A stretch of DNA of 64,000 nt from the IMG/VR virus record IMGVR_UViG_3300030333_007705, positions 1 through 64,000 of that record, one strand, 5' to 3'. The position numbers and the translations under genes are program-made. The DNA comes from a virus. This document shows positions 1 to 9,762 of the stretch, one piece after another; the stretch's first letter is position 1; the number at the start of each line of letters is the position of its first letter. Below the pieces are notes generated by a model that made no database searches, was not told the DNA's origin, and saw only the letters and a list, made by a program, of their open reading frames with translations.

Positions 1-79
1 GGTCTTTAGGCTGAATCCCTTTCTTTGCCGGGTCATCGGGCTCCTCAGTAATGAAGCTGTTCCATGTTTTTTTATCCAT
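1..79 (-). CDS. 5' part of a late protein with leader motif (runs off window)
   Basis: ATG at 79 overlaps the upstream stop; reads MDKKTWNSFITEEPDD..., same W-x2-F-x2-E leader as neighbours. Confidence 0.6.
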   Translation of the reverse strand, partial: MDKKTWNSFITEEPDDPAKKGIQPKD

Positions 80-2111
80 ATTGTTTACCAGTCAAACAAG
101 AAATTATTACTTTTCGGTAGTGAGGACTGATGTCAGACATGTTTTTTACCTGCTCTAAATTGAAAAATCCGAATTCACTGTGTTCGTCACTTAGACTAAC
201 ATCGTCTCTTGCAAACTCTCCTTCAAAAAATTCTTTATTTCCATGAGGCATGTGTAGGTCTACTACTCTGTCAACTATGAGGCCGGTCTCTTCATAAACT
301 TCTCTTTGCAGACCATTTCGCAGAAGAAGAACCACGCCATTCCTATGCAATACAGCCTTGACTGATTTTGTGCCATCTTCGCCGCCTGTAGTAAAATTTT
401 TAAAATTTTGTATTATAGTCGCCATGTTATTCCCGCGTGGCCCGTGAACTTCAAAGCCTTCTGATAGCCTTCTTTTTTTGCTTTCCGTAAAATATTTACT
501 AGTGGCTGTCGCCTCAGGATCAAATCTACCAGTAATGTAATCAACTGCAGCTTCTGTTGAAAAATTTGGATCGAGATAGAGCATAATAGAATCATATAAG
601 TTGTTAAACTTGCCTGTTGGCATCTGGATTATCTCGTTCATAACATACCAAGTATTAAGTTCCGAAAACTTTGAGTCTGCATATGCTTTTGGTGGTTTTG
701 GTCTTGGCTCGCCTGCAGGCTTCTTTGTTCTCGCCTGTTTAGGTTTGGCAACCGGCGCTTCGGGTGTTGGGTAATATTTGTAAGCTGAGCCCTTCTTCCC
801 GCGAGACGTAAGCGATCTTACACCAGGAACCGTGACTTTTCCTTTTTCGTTCTTGACACCAAGAAGAAACTTTCCTGCTTCTTCAAAGCCTTTTCCATCA
901 ATTTCGTCAAACAGGGTACCAAGCCAGCTTTTCTCTTCGAATTCTCTTTCAATGTCCGCAAGGTCTTGATTAATTTGTTTGATATTTCTTATAGAATCTT
1001 TAATCTGGTTGATGGCGAATTCAGTTGTAACGCCGAGACCCGGGTCGCCGGTTTGTCTAACTTGCATTGAAACCCACACGATTGCTTGTAACTCGTGTGG
1101 CAATAAGCCAAGCTTTTTTGCCTCTTGGGCTACAAGCCTAGCCATGTAACGATACGAAACAACATTCGACATTAATTTGCCTTTCAGGGCTTCCCATTCT
1201 TTTGACGTTGATGCTTTCTTTATCATCGGATAAAAGGCATCAATCATCCAAGTGTCAATTGTCGAGTTCCACATGTACATGTCGTTATAGGACATATCGC
1301 CGGTTTCTTTATCTCTTTCGCCAGCCAAATTTGGAGCAACTAAGTTTAATGCAAAGTTTGGAACTTTGCTCGCTTTAGTGAATCCTCTGGCCTCGCCGGG
1401 CTCACGCTTCTCCGCCCCAGGGAAAGTCTCAAGGTATTGCTTGAGCATATCGGGGTTTTCTGATGCGTCTTTTTGCACAGCTTTGAACATGAAGGCTGCT
1501 TCGGCTAGGTTGAGTGCGAACTTGGCCCTCGGTGAATATGTGGCTATTAATAAGCCTAACAAAGCAGAATCTCGATCATCGTTTGTTTCTTGGTCGAGAA
1601 GATCTCTAATGTTGTGATACCAGTCCCTGGCCTGGGTATATAATTCGCCTGTCTTTTTTGTTTCTTGAATCATCATCTGGAAGTCGTCGAGAACTTCTTG
1701 AGGCACTTTTAAAACATAGCCAGCTTTTTCAAAATCTTGAGCGGACATCTGGCCAATACCTTTCTCTGCGCCTTTAACAGCCCGAGGCCCAAATTTTTCT
1801 ATATCTCCACCTGGGCCATAGTATTTCTGTCTGAGCGCTTCTAAATCGTCGTCTTGCTCAGCAACCATCTTCATCGGGGTTGCGTCTTTCTGCGACGCGT
1901 CAAGTTTCACTTTTTCAAAATTGTTCATGCTCAGTAGTGGCGTCGGCCCTTCTGCTCCAAGAACTTTTTTAGCAGCGTTGACGATTTTAGCGATAGAGCG
2001 ATTTAAGGTTTTTACTTCAGCATCGCTAAAAGTAAAACTGCGCATAGCTTGAGCATCAGCTTTTCTTTCATCGTCTACAAATCTGTTCCATCTTTCAAAT
2101 ATTTTTTTCAT
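72..2111 (-). CDS. Leader-bearing protein: HhH-GPD/DUF7178-like glycosylase-type domain fused to a partially deleted Nudix domain
   Basis: ARDWY...ATYSPR...LNL, TIDTWM, ELQAIVW; C-terminal REVYEETGL and LSDEHSEF; start MKKIFERWNRF at 2111. Confidence 0.55.
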   Translation of the reverse strand: MKKIFERWNRFVDDERKADAQAMRSFTFSDAEVKTLNRSIAKIVNAAKKVLGAEGPTPLLSMNNFEKVKLDASQKDATPMKMVAEQDDDLEALRQKYYGPGGDIEKFGPRAVKGAEKGIGQMSAQDFEKAGYVLKVPQEVLDDFQMMIQETKKTGELYTQARDWYHNIRDLLDQETNDDRDSALLGLLIATYSPRAKFALNLAEAAFMFKAVQKDASENPDMLKQYLETFPGAEKREPGEARGFTKASKVPNFALNLVAPNLAGERDKETGDMSYNDMYMWNSTIDTWMIDAFYPMIKKASTSKEWEALKGKLMSNVVSYRYMARLVAQEAKKLGLLPHELQAIVWVSMQVRQTGDPGLGVTTEFAINQIKDSIRNIKQINQDLADIEREFEEKSWLGTLFDEIDGKGFEEAGKFLLGVKNEKGKVTVPGVRSLTSRGKKGSAYKYYPTPEAPVAKPKQARTKKPAGEPRPKPPKAYADSKFSELNTWYVMNEIIQMPTGKFNNLYDSIMLYLDPNFSTEAAVDYITGRFDPEATATSKYFTESKKRRLSEGFEVHGPRGNNMATIIQNFKNFTTGGEDGTKSVKAVLHRNGVVLLLRNGLQREVYEETGLIVDRVVDLHMPHGNKEFFEGEFARDDVSLSDEHSEFGFFNLEQVKNMSDISPHYRKVIISCLTGKQYG

Positions 2112-2118
2112 ACTATAA

Positions 2119-3327
2119 TTATCTGTCAAAAATGATTACTTCACCTGTTTGATAGGAAATACCAAAATTACCTAAGTGAACGTCGCGCGTTTTATTGCCA
2201 TAAATCCACTGATCTCCAACTGACTCGGCTAAATCGTACATCGCAATCAGAAAATCTTTCAGCAATTTTGCGCCTTTGCCCGATTGCAGTGCAGGAGGTA
2301 TAGGCTTCATATCAAACCACTCTTCTTTTTCTGCATGATCAGATTGCGTACCGGCCCATCCATATTTTTGCACCCAGTCGCTGTTGTTTTCTAAGCCTTT
2401 TTTAGATATCCAGTTAATAATATAATCAGCATATTCTTCAGCGCCACCCTCGACATGCACAAAAGGCTTAACATGGTGAGGTTCCAGCTCAAGATCATTT
2501 GCAATTCTTGTCATAGAGCGACCAGCGGCATCTTGCATCCCATTGAAAAGATCAGAGTCAAAAAATGCTTCAACGTCATAAGCCGCGTCTTTGTCAAAAG
2601 CATCCGGCAACCAGGATTCAAACGGAATAACCTTGCCCATTTCTGCATATCCGATATATCTTATAGGCTCTGTCATTTCCATTTCTGCATTGGGTACATA
2701 GGTTGGTATAGTGCCGTATTCATATACAGCTAGGTCATGTGATTTGGCTGAGCCTCCGGACTGCGAACTTAAAAGCTTAGAATAAACTTTTAATTCTTCT
2801 TCAAGCCCGTAAACTCCGCTTTTAAATATTTTAACTATGTGGCTGTTACTGAAGAGCGCGGCAACACCATATCCACCTTCTCCAACTACTTTTACGAATT
2901 TGTGATCTTTAAAGATTTTACTTGGCGACCCTTTTCCTTCGGTAGTGCCTTGTGTTGCTGCTTCTAAAGAATTGCAAGAAAAAGTACCTACGCTTCTCCA
3001 TTCATACCCTTTTAACCACTTTTTCAAATTTTCACAATTGTAAGCAAGATTATCTTGAGATTTTTGTGAAGATCTTTGCTTTCTTGCTTTTTCATATTCT
3101 TCCGGAGTGGGCTTCTGGTGTTGCTGGCCTTCTTCATCTGCTTTCCATTGTTTAAATTTTTCCCAATCTTTTTCAGATGTAGAGGGGTCTTGTTGCCACT
3201 TTTTAGCTTGTGCTGCTCTTCCCGGACGCGCAGTTCTCTCTTCTTGATCTTTCTTGATTGTATCAAGAATATCATCAACATAACTTTCTTTTAAATATTT
3301 ACGCCAGTTTTCAAGTAGAAGTTTCAT
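2119..3327 (-). CDS. Protein kinase-like (PKL fold) protein with leader motif
   Basis: VGEGGYGVA Gly-loop, IVKIF Lys, RDVHLGN catalytic loop, IIFD; start MKLLLENWRKYLKE. Confidence 0.75.
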   Translation of the reverse strand: MKLLLENWRKYLKESYVDDILDTIKKDQEERTARPGRAAQAKKWQQDPSTSEKDWEKFKQWKADEEGQQHQKPTPEEYEKARKQRSSQKSQDNLAYNCENLKKWLKGYEWRSVGTFSCNSLEAATQGTTEGKGSPSKIFKDHKFVKVVGEGGYGVAALFSNSHIVKIFKSGVYGLEEELKVYSKLLSSQSGGSAKSHDLAVYEYGTIPTYVPNAEMEMTEPIRYIGYAEMGKVIPFESWLPDAFDKDAAYDVEAFFDSDLFNGMQDAAGRSMTRIANDLELEPHHVKPFVHVEGGAEEYADYIINWISKKGLENNSDWVQKYGWAGTQSDHAEKEEWFDMKPIPPALQSGKGAKLLKDFLIAMYDLAESVGDQWIYGNKTRDVHLGNFGISYQTGEVIIFDR

Positions 3328-3748
3328 TTTTGTTTTGCCACTCTTCGGATTTAGTATCATCTTTAATCGGCCCGCCTTTTGCCCAGGTCCGACAAGATCT
3401 TGCAGAGTGGCATTTAAAATGATGCATCCAACAATAGCCTAGTTCGCCTTCTTCATCAGAAGTTTCACCAGGCATGCAATCTTTCATTCTGGGAGAGATA
3501 TCAAAAGCAACACAGTTTCCACACAAAGACTTTCGAGCCGCTTCTTCCGTGGTGTTCCAAGCACCGGCAATGTTTTGCCAATAATCACCTGGTTCGTCAA
3601 CATTTAAAGGCCCGTATTGAATATGCTCAGCTTGAACAGCTGCATCTCTATTTTTAGTATTAAGTTCTAAGTCTTGAGTCGCAGAAGGACACATCAGCTT
3701 TTCAGCTTCGTTAACGAATCTACGAAAATTTTCAAATATTACTTTCAT
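3311..3748 (-). CDS. Cys-rich metal-binding protein with leader motif
   Basis: CGNC...C...GYCWMHHFKCHSARSC; start MKVIFENFRRFVNE. Confidence 0.65.
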   Translation of the reverse strand: MKVIFENFRRFVNEAEKLMCPSATQDLELNTKNRDAAVQAEHIQYGPLNVDEPGDYWQNIAGAWNTTEEAARKSLCGNCVAFDISPRMKDCMPGETSDEEGELGYCWMHHFKCHSARSCRTWAKGGPIKDDTKSEEWQNKNETST

Positions 3749-4457
3749 CTTGTTCTGGCACCTCGGCAGCAACAGGCGAATCGTTTTCGTCTCTAACTAG
3801 TTCTTTATTCACAATATCATAGCCATCAACAACGCCAATATTCCAATAGTCAAAGCCTGGAAGCAAAGCAATTTTTTGTTCTGGAAACTCTCCATAATTT
3901 AAAAAAACAGCCGCCTGGCCGACAACTTCTGTAAATAGAGCACCCGCAGCTTCTGGCGGTATGGTGTGCAAATGAGCGTTATAAGCTTGGATTTCGCCTT
4001 TCATGTCGAACGCCGTGCCTCTGTGGCCAGCGTGCTGTATGTGAGCCATTACATCATGCACTGCTCTAAACTTTTCGTTCGTGTCAGGCTCATCCGGTCC
4101 AGCCATCTCATCCTTAACACTAAAAATTGGATGTTGTGTCCCTCCTTTAAAAACCTTGAGAACGCCAGTCTTCGCAACTTCACGCCGCAACTGCTCGTCT
4201 CCACCTGGATAAGGATCGTCATTCACAAATTCGACTCTAACTCCTTGCTTACCTCTTTGTAGTTTTTCATACCAACTATCAATAACAGGAATTAATTTTT
4301 TAAAAACCTCAGCAGCGTCGGTGTCGTAAACCGGGGCCTCGCGATAAGCGTCGGCTACTAGTTTTCCATATAGATCCCACCCGTTAGGCCCGGGCTTTAA
4401 CTTTAATCGATCTTCTGTTATTAGATATCTTCGCCAGTTTTCAAAAAGTTTTTGCAT
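3732..4457 (-). CDS. Putative metal-dependent hydrolase/zincin-like protein with leader motif
   Basis: FRAVHDVMAH...GEIQAYNAH...ALFTEVVGQ; start MQKLFENWRRYLITE; late promoter motif upstream. Confidence 0.55.
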   Translation of the reverse strand: MQKLFENWRRYLITEDRLKLKPGPNGWDLYGKLVADAYREAPVYDTDAAEVFKKLIPVIDSWYEKLQRGKQGVRVEFVNDDPYPGGDEQLRREVAKTGVLKVFKGGTQHPIFSVKDEMAGPDEPDTNEKFRAVHDVMAHIQHAGHRGTAFDMKGEIQAYNAHLHTIPPEAAGALFTEVVGQAAVFLNYGEFPEQKIALLPGFDYWNIGVVDGYDIVNKELVRDENDSPVAAEVPEQDESNI

Positions 4458-4469
4458 AATAGTAAATAG

Positions 4470-5021
4470 TTATTTAGTTTGTAATACCTGATTCTTTAGT
4501 CGATCCCAGTTTGTGCGTTTGCTTTTTAAAAGTTTATCAACTTTTCCGCCATTTTTAGTATCTCTTGGGTATGATAATTTAACACCTTTAAGCTCTGGAA
4601 GCATGCCAAGTTCTCTTGCCATATCAGTTGTTAAATCTCGCCAGTATCTTTTGTATTTAACCATGGCTAATAATACTTTTTTACGAATAGGTAAATATTT
4701 TCTATCTCTTAAATGTATTATAAAAGGAATAAGATTCTCCCAATCTTCATCGTCAAAGTTTTGATAATCTAATTTAGGTAAAACTGGCAATATTTTTTTA
4801 TGTCTCGTTTTGTCACCAAATATATCGTCTTTCGGATTGCCATGTTTTTCTGCAAATTTGTCTGCTAATTCTTTAGACCAACCGCCGTGTTTTTTCATTA
4901 ACAATGCAAATTCATTTCTTAAAGCCTGGTCTCCTTTGAGAATAGCACTTAATAATTTTTTATGTTTACTGCCTTTAGACTCACACAGATAATATCGCCA
5001 GCTTTCAAATAACTTTTGCAT
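4470..5021 (-). CDS. Hypothetical basic protein with leader motif
   Basis: Start MQKLFESWRYYLCE; CTATTTA motif 5 nt upstream. Confidence 0.7.
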   Translation of the reverse strand: MQKLFESWRYYLCESKGSKHKKLLSAILKGDQALRNEFALLMKKHGGWSKELADKFAEKHGNPKDDIFGDKTRHKKILPVLPKLDYQNFDDEDWENLIPFIIHLRDRKYLPIRKKVLLAMVKYKRYWRDLTTDMARELGMLPELKGVKLSYPRDTKNGGKVDKLLKSKRTNWDRLKNQVLQTK

Positions 5022-5038
5022 GTAGTAAATAGATATTC

Positions 5039-5314
5039 TTATCTAAAAACTCTTTCTTTTGCAGTATCAAACAGTTGAGGCAAAAAGCTCTTCTTCAGCT
5101 TAAGAAGCCTTTCAAACTTTACAGCCTCTCTAGCATTTGTGTAAAGTGTCGTCGGCTTTTTGATATCGCCATCAATTAGTTGTTCGTTAAAATCATAAAA
5201 TTTTGCTTTTGGTTGTCCCGCGAATGCACTGGGGACAAACCAGGGCAGCCCAATAGAAAAGATTATACTAAACAACAAAAAAGCTATTAAAATTATTTTT
5301 CTTAAGTTTGACAT
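5039..5314 (-). CDS. Secreted CglF/GltF-like (myxobacterial gliding) small protein
   Basis: Signal peptide then YDFNEQLIDGDIKKP...KFERLLKLKKSFLPQL, resembling the CglF pattern DF..I.G...KP...F..L..R..F..EL as recalled. Confidence 0.6.
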   Translation of the reverse strand: MSNLRKIILIAFLLFSIIFSIGLPWFVPSAFAGQPKAKFYDFNEQLIDGDIKKPTTLYTNAREAVKFERLLKLKKSFLPQLFDTAKERVFR

Positions 5315-5329
5315 TTTTAAACCCTCCTT

Positions 5330-5866
5330 TTAAATATCAAGTTCAGCCAACGTTCTATTCAGTTGACTAACAAACTGTGTGTGCTCTCTTGTCCAGCACA
5401 AATATAAATCACCCTCGTGATCCGGATCTCCAGACCTGCATCCATTAGCCCACAAAGCAACATGTGTTAACTCGTGAACTAAAGAAGTCGAGGCTACGCG
5501 GTCATACGAGTTTGTACGAAGCCATATATAAGTTGGACCAAGAGTCATGCCCTTGACTTGGCCAATCCTAACAAGCCGACCTTTTATATCCCGCGCCATG
5601 CCAGTGAGAATCTTATCTTTCGAAGACCACTCGATCATGATTTCGTCTATGCTATTTTTAACACGCCCATCACGATCGCCAAATCGTTTTCGCCACTGGT
5701 GATAAAAAATTGTAATCGCCTGTGAAACTCTTTTTGCGTCTGGTACGTCGTCAGAGGATTTTATTTGAAAAGAAAGTTCGGAGTGTGGCAAGCTAATCAT
5801 TTCTTGTCGCACAGTTGTCGCACAACTACACAGCAACAATATTAGTATTAATAAACCTCTAGCCAA
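5330..5866 (-). CDS. Lipoprotein with HEXXH zinc-metallopeptidase motif
   Basis: Lipobox LLCSC; LVHELTHVAL followed by GDPDH. Confidence 0.65.
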   Translation of the reverse strand: MARGLLILILLLCSCATTVRQEMISLPHSELSFQIKSSDDVPDAKRVSQAITIFYHQWRKRFGDRDGRVKNSIDEIMIEWSSKDKILTGMARDIKGRLVRIGQVKGMTLGPTYIWLRTNSYDRVASTSLVHELTHVALWANGCRSGDPDHEGDLYLCWTREHTQFVSQLNRTLAELDI

Positions 5867-5880
5867 TCACTCCGTCTCCT

Positions 5881-6087
5881 CTAGGCATCCACCTTCTTTT
5901 TGCTAACCATCAGCGCGCGAACGGCTACATCTGAACGAATGTCATCCCAGATATGTTTCCAGTTCTCGATATCTGACCTCGTCATTTCGTCCATCATCGC
6001 CCACAAGGAGTCGACTTCATCTTGCAGGTCAGCATTCTTTTTTTTAAGCAAGATAATTGTTTCTTTTAATTTTTTCACTTCAGACAT
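5881..6087 (-). CDS. Small coiled-coil hypothetical protein
   Basis: 68 aa ORF with SD, in operon. Confidence 0.6.
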   Translation of the reverse strand: MSEVKKLKETIILLKKKNADLQDEVDSLWAMMDEMTRSDIENWKHIWDDIRSDVAVRALMVSKKKVDA

Positions 6088-6096
6088 TTGTTTTCC

Positions 6097-8040
6097 TTAA
6101 TTTGTACTACACGCATTTTCATCAAGAATTTCCATAAGATAATTATACATTTCTGTTATGCTGGTTGAAAGTGGATACCATTTACCGCCAGAGGCTTTGG
6201 CAATCGGCTCCCACCCACCTTCGTTGTTCCACGCCTCTGCAATTCCTTGCGGGGAAAATGTGTATACTTTTAAATCTGGCGTTGAAGCCACAGCCGTTTC
6301 TAATATTTCTTGTGTGATGGTATCATTAGAGTTCCACGAACCTGGAATAGGATCTGGCAGCATATAACTTTGACCTTTTTCATCGCTAAAAACAATAATT
6401 ACTCTTTTAGCATTTGGTCTCCAATTGACAATAAAGTCTTCCAAAGGAGGTATCGATTCATCCACTGAAGTGCCGACCATGGTGGCCCACATAATGTCAC
6501 CCACACCATATGGAAGAACAGTGGCGATATTCCAAATAGATAAATAAATTGCATCATAAAGCATTTCATATTGCCCCGACATTGGAGTGCCGTTTAGGCC
6601 AGCGAATGACGCCATAAAGTCAGTAAATGATGCCAAGTTGCTTATCATTTCAAGATAATTATGATTTCCATAATATTGATCTGGAACTTTCGGCCCGATA
6701 ATCAGCCCCCACTGAAGTACTGATTCATCGCTATATTGTTGTGCAAAAGAGTTCAAAGCTGCCAAAACAGCTGAGATCTCGTTATCCATCGAGCCAGACC
6801 AATCTAAGATAAATAGAATATCAGTTTCTTGCATTTCTTCGCCAGTATCGGTTATGCCATCACAGTCATCGTCAACACCATTGCAAACTTCTTCTTGGGG
6901 CGTTATTTCACCCTCGCACATGCCACCAACAAATTCGCCGTCGGCAGTTAACCCACCCCAGGTACCTGCTTGACAAGTTACCTGCCCAGGCAAACAAATA
7001 CCCTTGTTGACAGTACCTTCGGGTCCAGTATAGCACGGCGCGTAGAGATCTTCGTCAATTAATTGATTGCAATTATCATCAAAATTATTGCATAATTCAT
7101 CTTCTAGGGCCATACCAATAAGAGGATCGCATGTTTGGTCCGGTTGAGGAAAATAGTGGCAAAAAGCAAAACACTCTGTGGTGACTATGGTAGTGCAGTC
7201 TTCGTCGACGCATTCACAAGTTTTAAACCCTTGGCCACATAGTAGAGGATCTTCCATGCATGGAAACAAAACGCCGACATCTTGTATTGTACACTCGCAG
7301 GTTAAACCTTCGTCTACTTGACCATTGCAATTGTTATCTAAACCATCACAAATTTCTGGTAACTCCGGAGGCGCAGTACAGCCGTTCCAGTTTCCGTTAT
7401 TACAAAACTCCACACCAGTACCACAAGCTGTATAACATGGCTGGTATAAATCTTCGTCTGTATCTCCGTCACAATCGTTGTCTACACCGTCGCAAATCTC
7501 TATAGGCTCAAGACCACAAGATCCGCACATATTTAGCTGACCTTCGTCGATTTCACCATCACAATCATCATCGAGCCCATTGCACATTTCTTCTGTGCAT
7601 TCTGTTTGACAGTCAGTATATTGAATTTGTCCCTTATTGCATACCTTGTCTTGCGTGCCTGGATATCCATCTTCTGTCACACAATCAACTTGTTCAATCA
7701 AATATTGAGTTGGGTCACACTGAAGGTATTCTTTGCACTCGCTCTCGTGCACGACTGCAGGAGGGTCGACGCAGTGATCAATGCAAATTTCTTTTTGCCA
7801 AACAGAACTCAGAGGAGGACAAAAGTACCACTGGCACTGTACACAGCTATTATTTGGAAAGGGATAAACGTCAGGATCAGGCCCAAGAACATCTTCAGCA
7901 GGAGGCTCGACACGCGTAATATCATTTACTGCTTGCGCGGTGTCAGAAGGGACTGGCAACACTGGGTCGTCCATAAATACCTCTGAGCAACCTACGCTCA
8001 AAATTAGAAGTATTGTGGACACCATTGCCAGCCTTTTCAT
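6097..8040 (-). CDS. Lipoprotein with Cys/Asp-rich metal-binding repeats (MopE-like) and C-terminal VWA domain (CglB/CglD-like architecture)
   Basis: Lipobox LSVGC; five E.C(D/N)..D(D/N)(D/N)C....DE-type repeats; MIDAS DILFILDWSGSM; VIIVFSDE. Confidence 0.8.
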   Translation of the reverse strand: MKRLAMVSTILLILSVGCSEVFMDDPVLPVPSDTAQAVNDITRVEPPAEDVLGPDPDVYPFPNNSCVQCQWYFCPPLSSVWQKEICIDHCVDPPAVVHESECKEYLQCDPTQYLIEQVDCVTEDGYPGTQDKVCNKGQIQYTDCQTECTEEMCNGLDDDCDGEIDEGQLNMCGSCGLEPIEICDGVDNDCDGDTDEDLYQPCYTACGTGVEFCNNGNWNGCTAPPELPEICDGLDNNCNGQVDEGLTCECTIQDVGVLFPCMEDPLLCGQGFKTCECVDEDCTTIVTTECFAFCHYFPQPDQTCDPLIGMALEDELCNNFDDNCNQLIDEDLYAPCYTGPEGTVNKGICLPGQVTCQAGTWGGLTADGEFVGGMCEGEITPQEEVCNGVDDDCDGITDTGEEMQETDILFILDWSGSMDNEISAVLAALNSFAQQYSDESVLQWGLIIGPKVPDQYYGNHNYLEMISNLASFTDFMASFAGLNGTPMSGQYEMLYDAIYLSIWNIATVLPYGVGDIMWATMVGTSVDESIPPLEDFIVNWRPNAKRVIIVFSDEKGQSYMLPDPIPGSWNSNDTITQEILETAVASTPDLKVYTFSPQGIAEAWNNEGGWEPIAKASGGKWYPLSTSITEMYNYLMEILDENACSTN

Positions 8041-8050
8041 TACCTACTCC

Positions 8051-8377
8051 TTATGGACCCCATGAATTAAAAACATCCCGCATGTCGATTTCATCAGTAT
8101 CATTTGGTGAATCTGTATTTTTACTTAAATTAAATTTTGAAGCCTTTGCTTTATTGACAGAGCTTTTAGTATCTTCATATAATTTTTTCATGGCTTTGCC
8201 GGCCTCATAAGACGATAAATAATTTTCATACAGCGGCGATTGATCTTTGTGCCAAAAGTTTGGATGCATGCTCCACTTTTGAGTCCACAAGTTCAGCTTG
8301 ACTGCTCCTAATAGCTTTTCGTCCAAATAGATATCTGTATGCGTTTTATCAATTTCTCTAAAACGGGTAGTGGTCAT
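8051..8377 (-). CDS. Hypothetical protein
   Basis: 108 aa ORF in operon. Confidence 0.55.
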   Translation of the reverse strand: MTTTRFREIDKTHTDIYLDEKLLGAVKLNLWTQKWSMHPNFWHKDQSPLYENYLSSYEAGKAMKKLYEDTKSSVNKAKASKFNLSKNTDSPNDTDEIDMRDVFNSWGP

Positions 8378-8525
8378 TGGCTTACCCTGCCTATAAACAT
8401 GCCAATAACAATGCCAAGAAAAAAAACAGCTATTATTGAAGATGTGATAATTGCGCTTTCCATATTAATAACTAGTGTTTATATTACTTGTGGAGAACAA
8501 AAATGTTCAAGGAGCACGCAGCCAC

Positions 8526-8849
8526 ATGATCAATGAAAGATACAAAAATAAGACTTATACAAAAACAGATCCAGAGTTTAATAACGTATTGGACCTCCTT
8601 GCCAAGGAATATTTTAACATTTCTGGCGACGAAGACGCAGAAGTTATCATTAACTGGAACAAGCGAGAAGTAAAAGAAGATGGGGTGGTCTCTTTTTATG
8701 CAACAAACCATGCTTTAAGAAACGCTATTATTCGCTGCCGTAAGGGAATTCAAGCAGTCGATCTCCTGGGCAAGGGCGCAGGAGCAACCTTATATTTTGA
8801 AAAAGGGTTTGTGCGGCCGATGCACACAGTCCTAAAAATTAGGAAATAA
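8526..8849 (+). CDS. Hypothetical protein (one of the few plus-strand genes)
   Basis: AAGGAG upstream of ATG 8526; fills the gap between minus-strand genes. Confidence 0.55.
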   Translation: MINERYKNKTYTKTDPEFNNVLDLLAKEYFNISGDEDAEVIINWNKREVKEDGVVSFYATNHALRNAIIRCRKGIQAVDLLGKGAGATLYFEKGFVRPMHTVLKIRK

Positions 8850-9762
8850 GATCTTTTGGATTTTTCCAAACTAAAATATTTGTTCGCTTCCTAGACTCCC
8901 AGACTCGTGATTCGCTATCATCGCTAGTCCAATCTTCCTCTTTCTCTTCTTCGTCGTCGTCTTCAGGCCAGCCAGAGCCGCTCCACCAGTCGTCTAATGC
9001 GCCCGACGCGGCTAGCGGTGATACGTCTCCTGCTGCGCCGGCAGGCAGTGGCGGAGGAGATCCACCCGATGGCTCATCTGAAACGATATCTTCAGGGTCC
9101 ACGTCTAACGGCTCGTCGTCTTCTTTTTCGTCTTCTTTTTCAGAATCTTCTGGTTTTGATTTATCCGAAGACTCGCCACCGCCCGAGCCAATCATCTTTT
9201 TTAATTGCTGGAGTTGGTTTTCTAAATTATCGCGAAACTTTTGAAAGCTTTCGATTAGCTCATCAAGTATTGCAATAATGTTTCCAACATCTCCAGAGCC
9301 AGCGGCATCTAGTTTGTCGTCGATATCCTTACCGGACTTGTCATCTTTAGAGTCTTCACCTTCCTCTGACTCTTCTTTCTCTTCTTTTATGGCATCCACC
9401 TCTTCAGAGGATTTCTTGCCTTTTAGTTTGTCTCTAGCATCTGTAAGCTGTTCAATAAGCTTGTCAAACATCTCAATCCATCCCTGGATTTGCTGAGGCC
9501 CTTTATCTTGGCTTAATCCGGACAACATCTGAGCAAGGCTATCTCCATAAGCACCGTCTGCCAAACCGCGGATAAACCCCTGCCCAGCATCCCCGGATAA
9601 GAATTTTGCTACTTTTTGACGCCACTTTGGAAGAGAAGAATAGCCCGGCATTTGCCTCGTCTTTATGAGGCTTTCGCCCTCTGCTTCACGCTCTGGGTTA
9701 CCTGCAGCTTCTCTGAGCCGCTTCCTGATCATATTCTTTAATTCTGATTCAGTGATTTTCAT
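8839..9762 (-). CDS. Acidic low-complexity protein with MKIT-type leader
   Basis: MKITESELKNMIRKRLRE; internal duplicated helix (MFDKLIEQL / ILDELIESF); D/E-rich tail. Confidence 0.7.
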   Translation of the reverse strand: MKITESELKNMIRKRLREAAGNPEREAEGESLIKTRQMPGYSSLPKWRQKVAKFLSGDAGQGFIRGLADGAYGDSLAQMLSGLSQDKGPQQIQGWIEMFDKLIEQLTDARDKLKGKKSSEEVDAIKEEKEESEEGEDSKDDKSGKDIDDKLDAAGSGDVGNIIAILDELIESFQKFRDNLENQLQQLKKMIGSGGGESSDKSKPEDSEKEDEKEDDEPLDVDPEDIVSDEPSGGSPPPLPAGAAGDVSPLAASGALDDWWSGSGWPEDDDEEEKEEDWTSDDSESRVWESRKRTNILVWKNPKDLIS

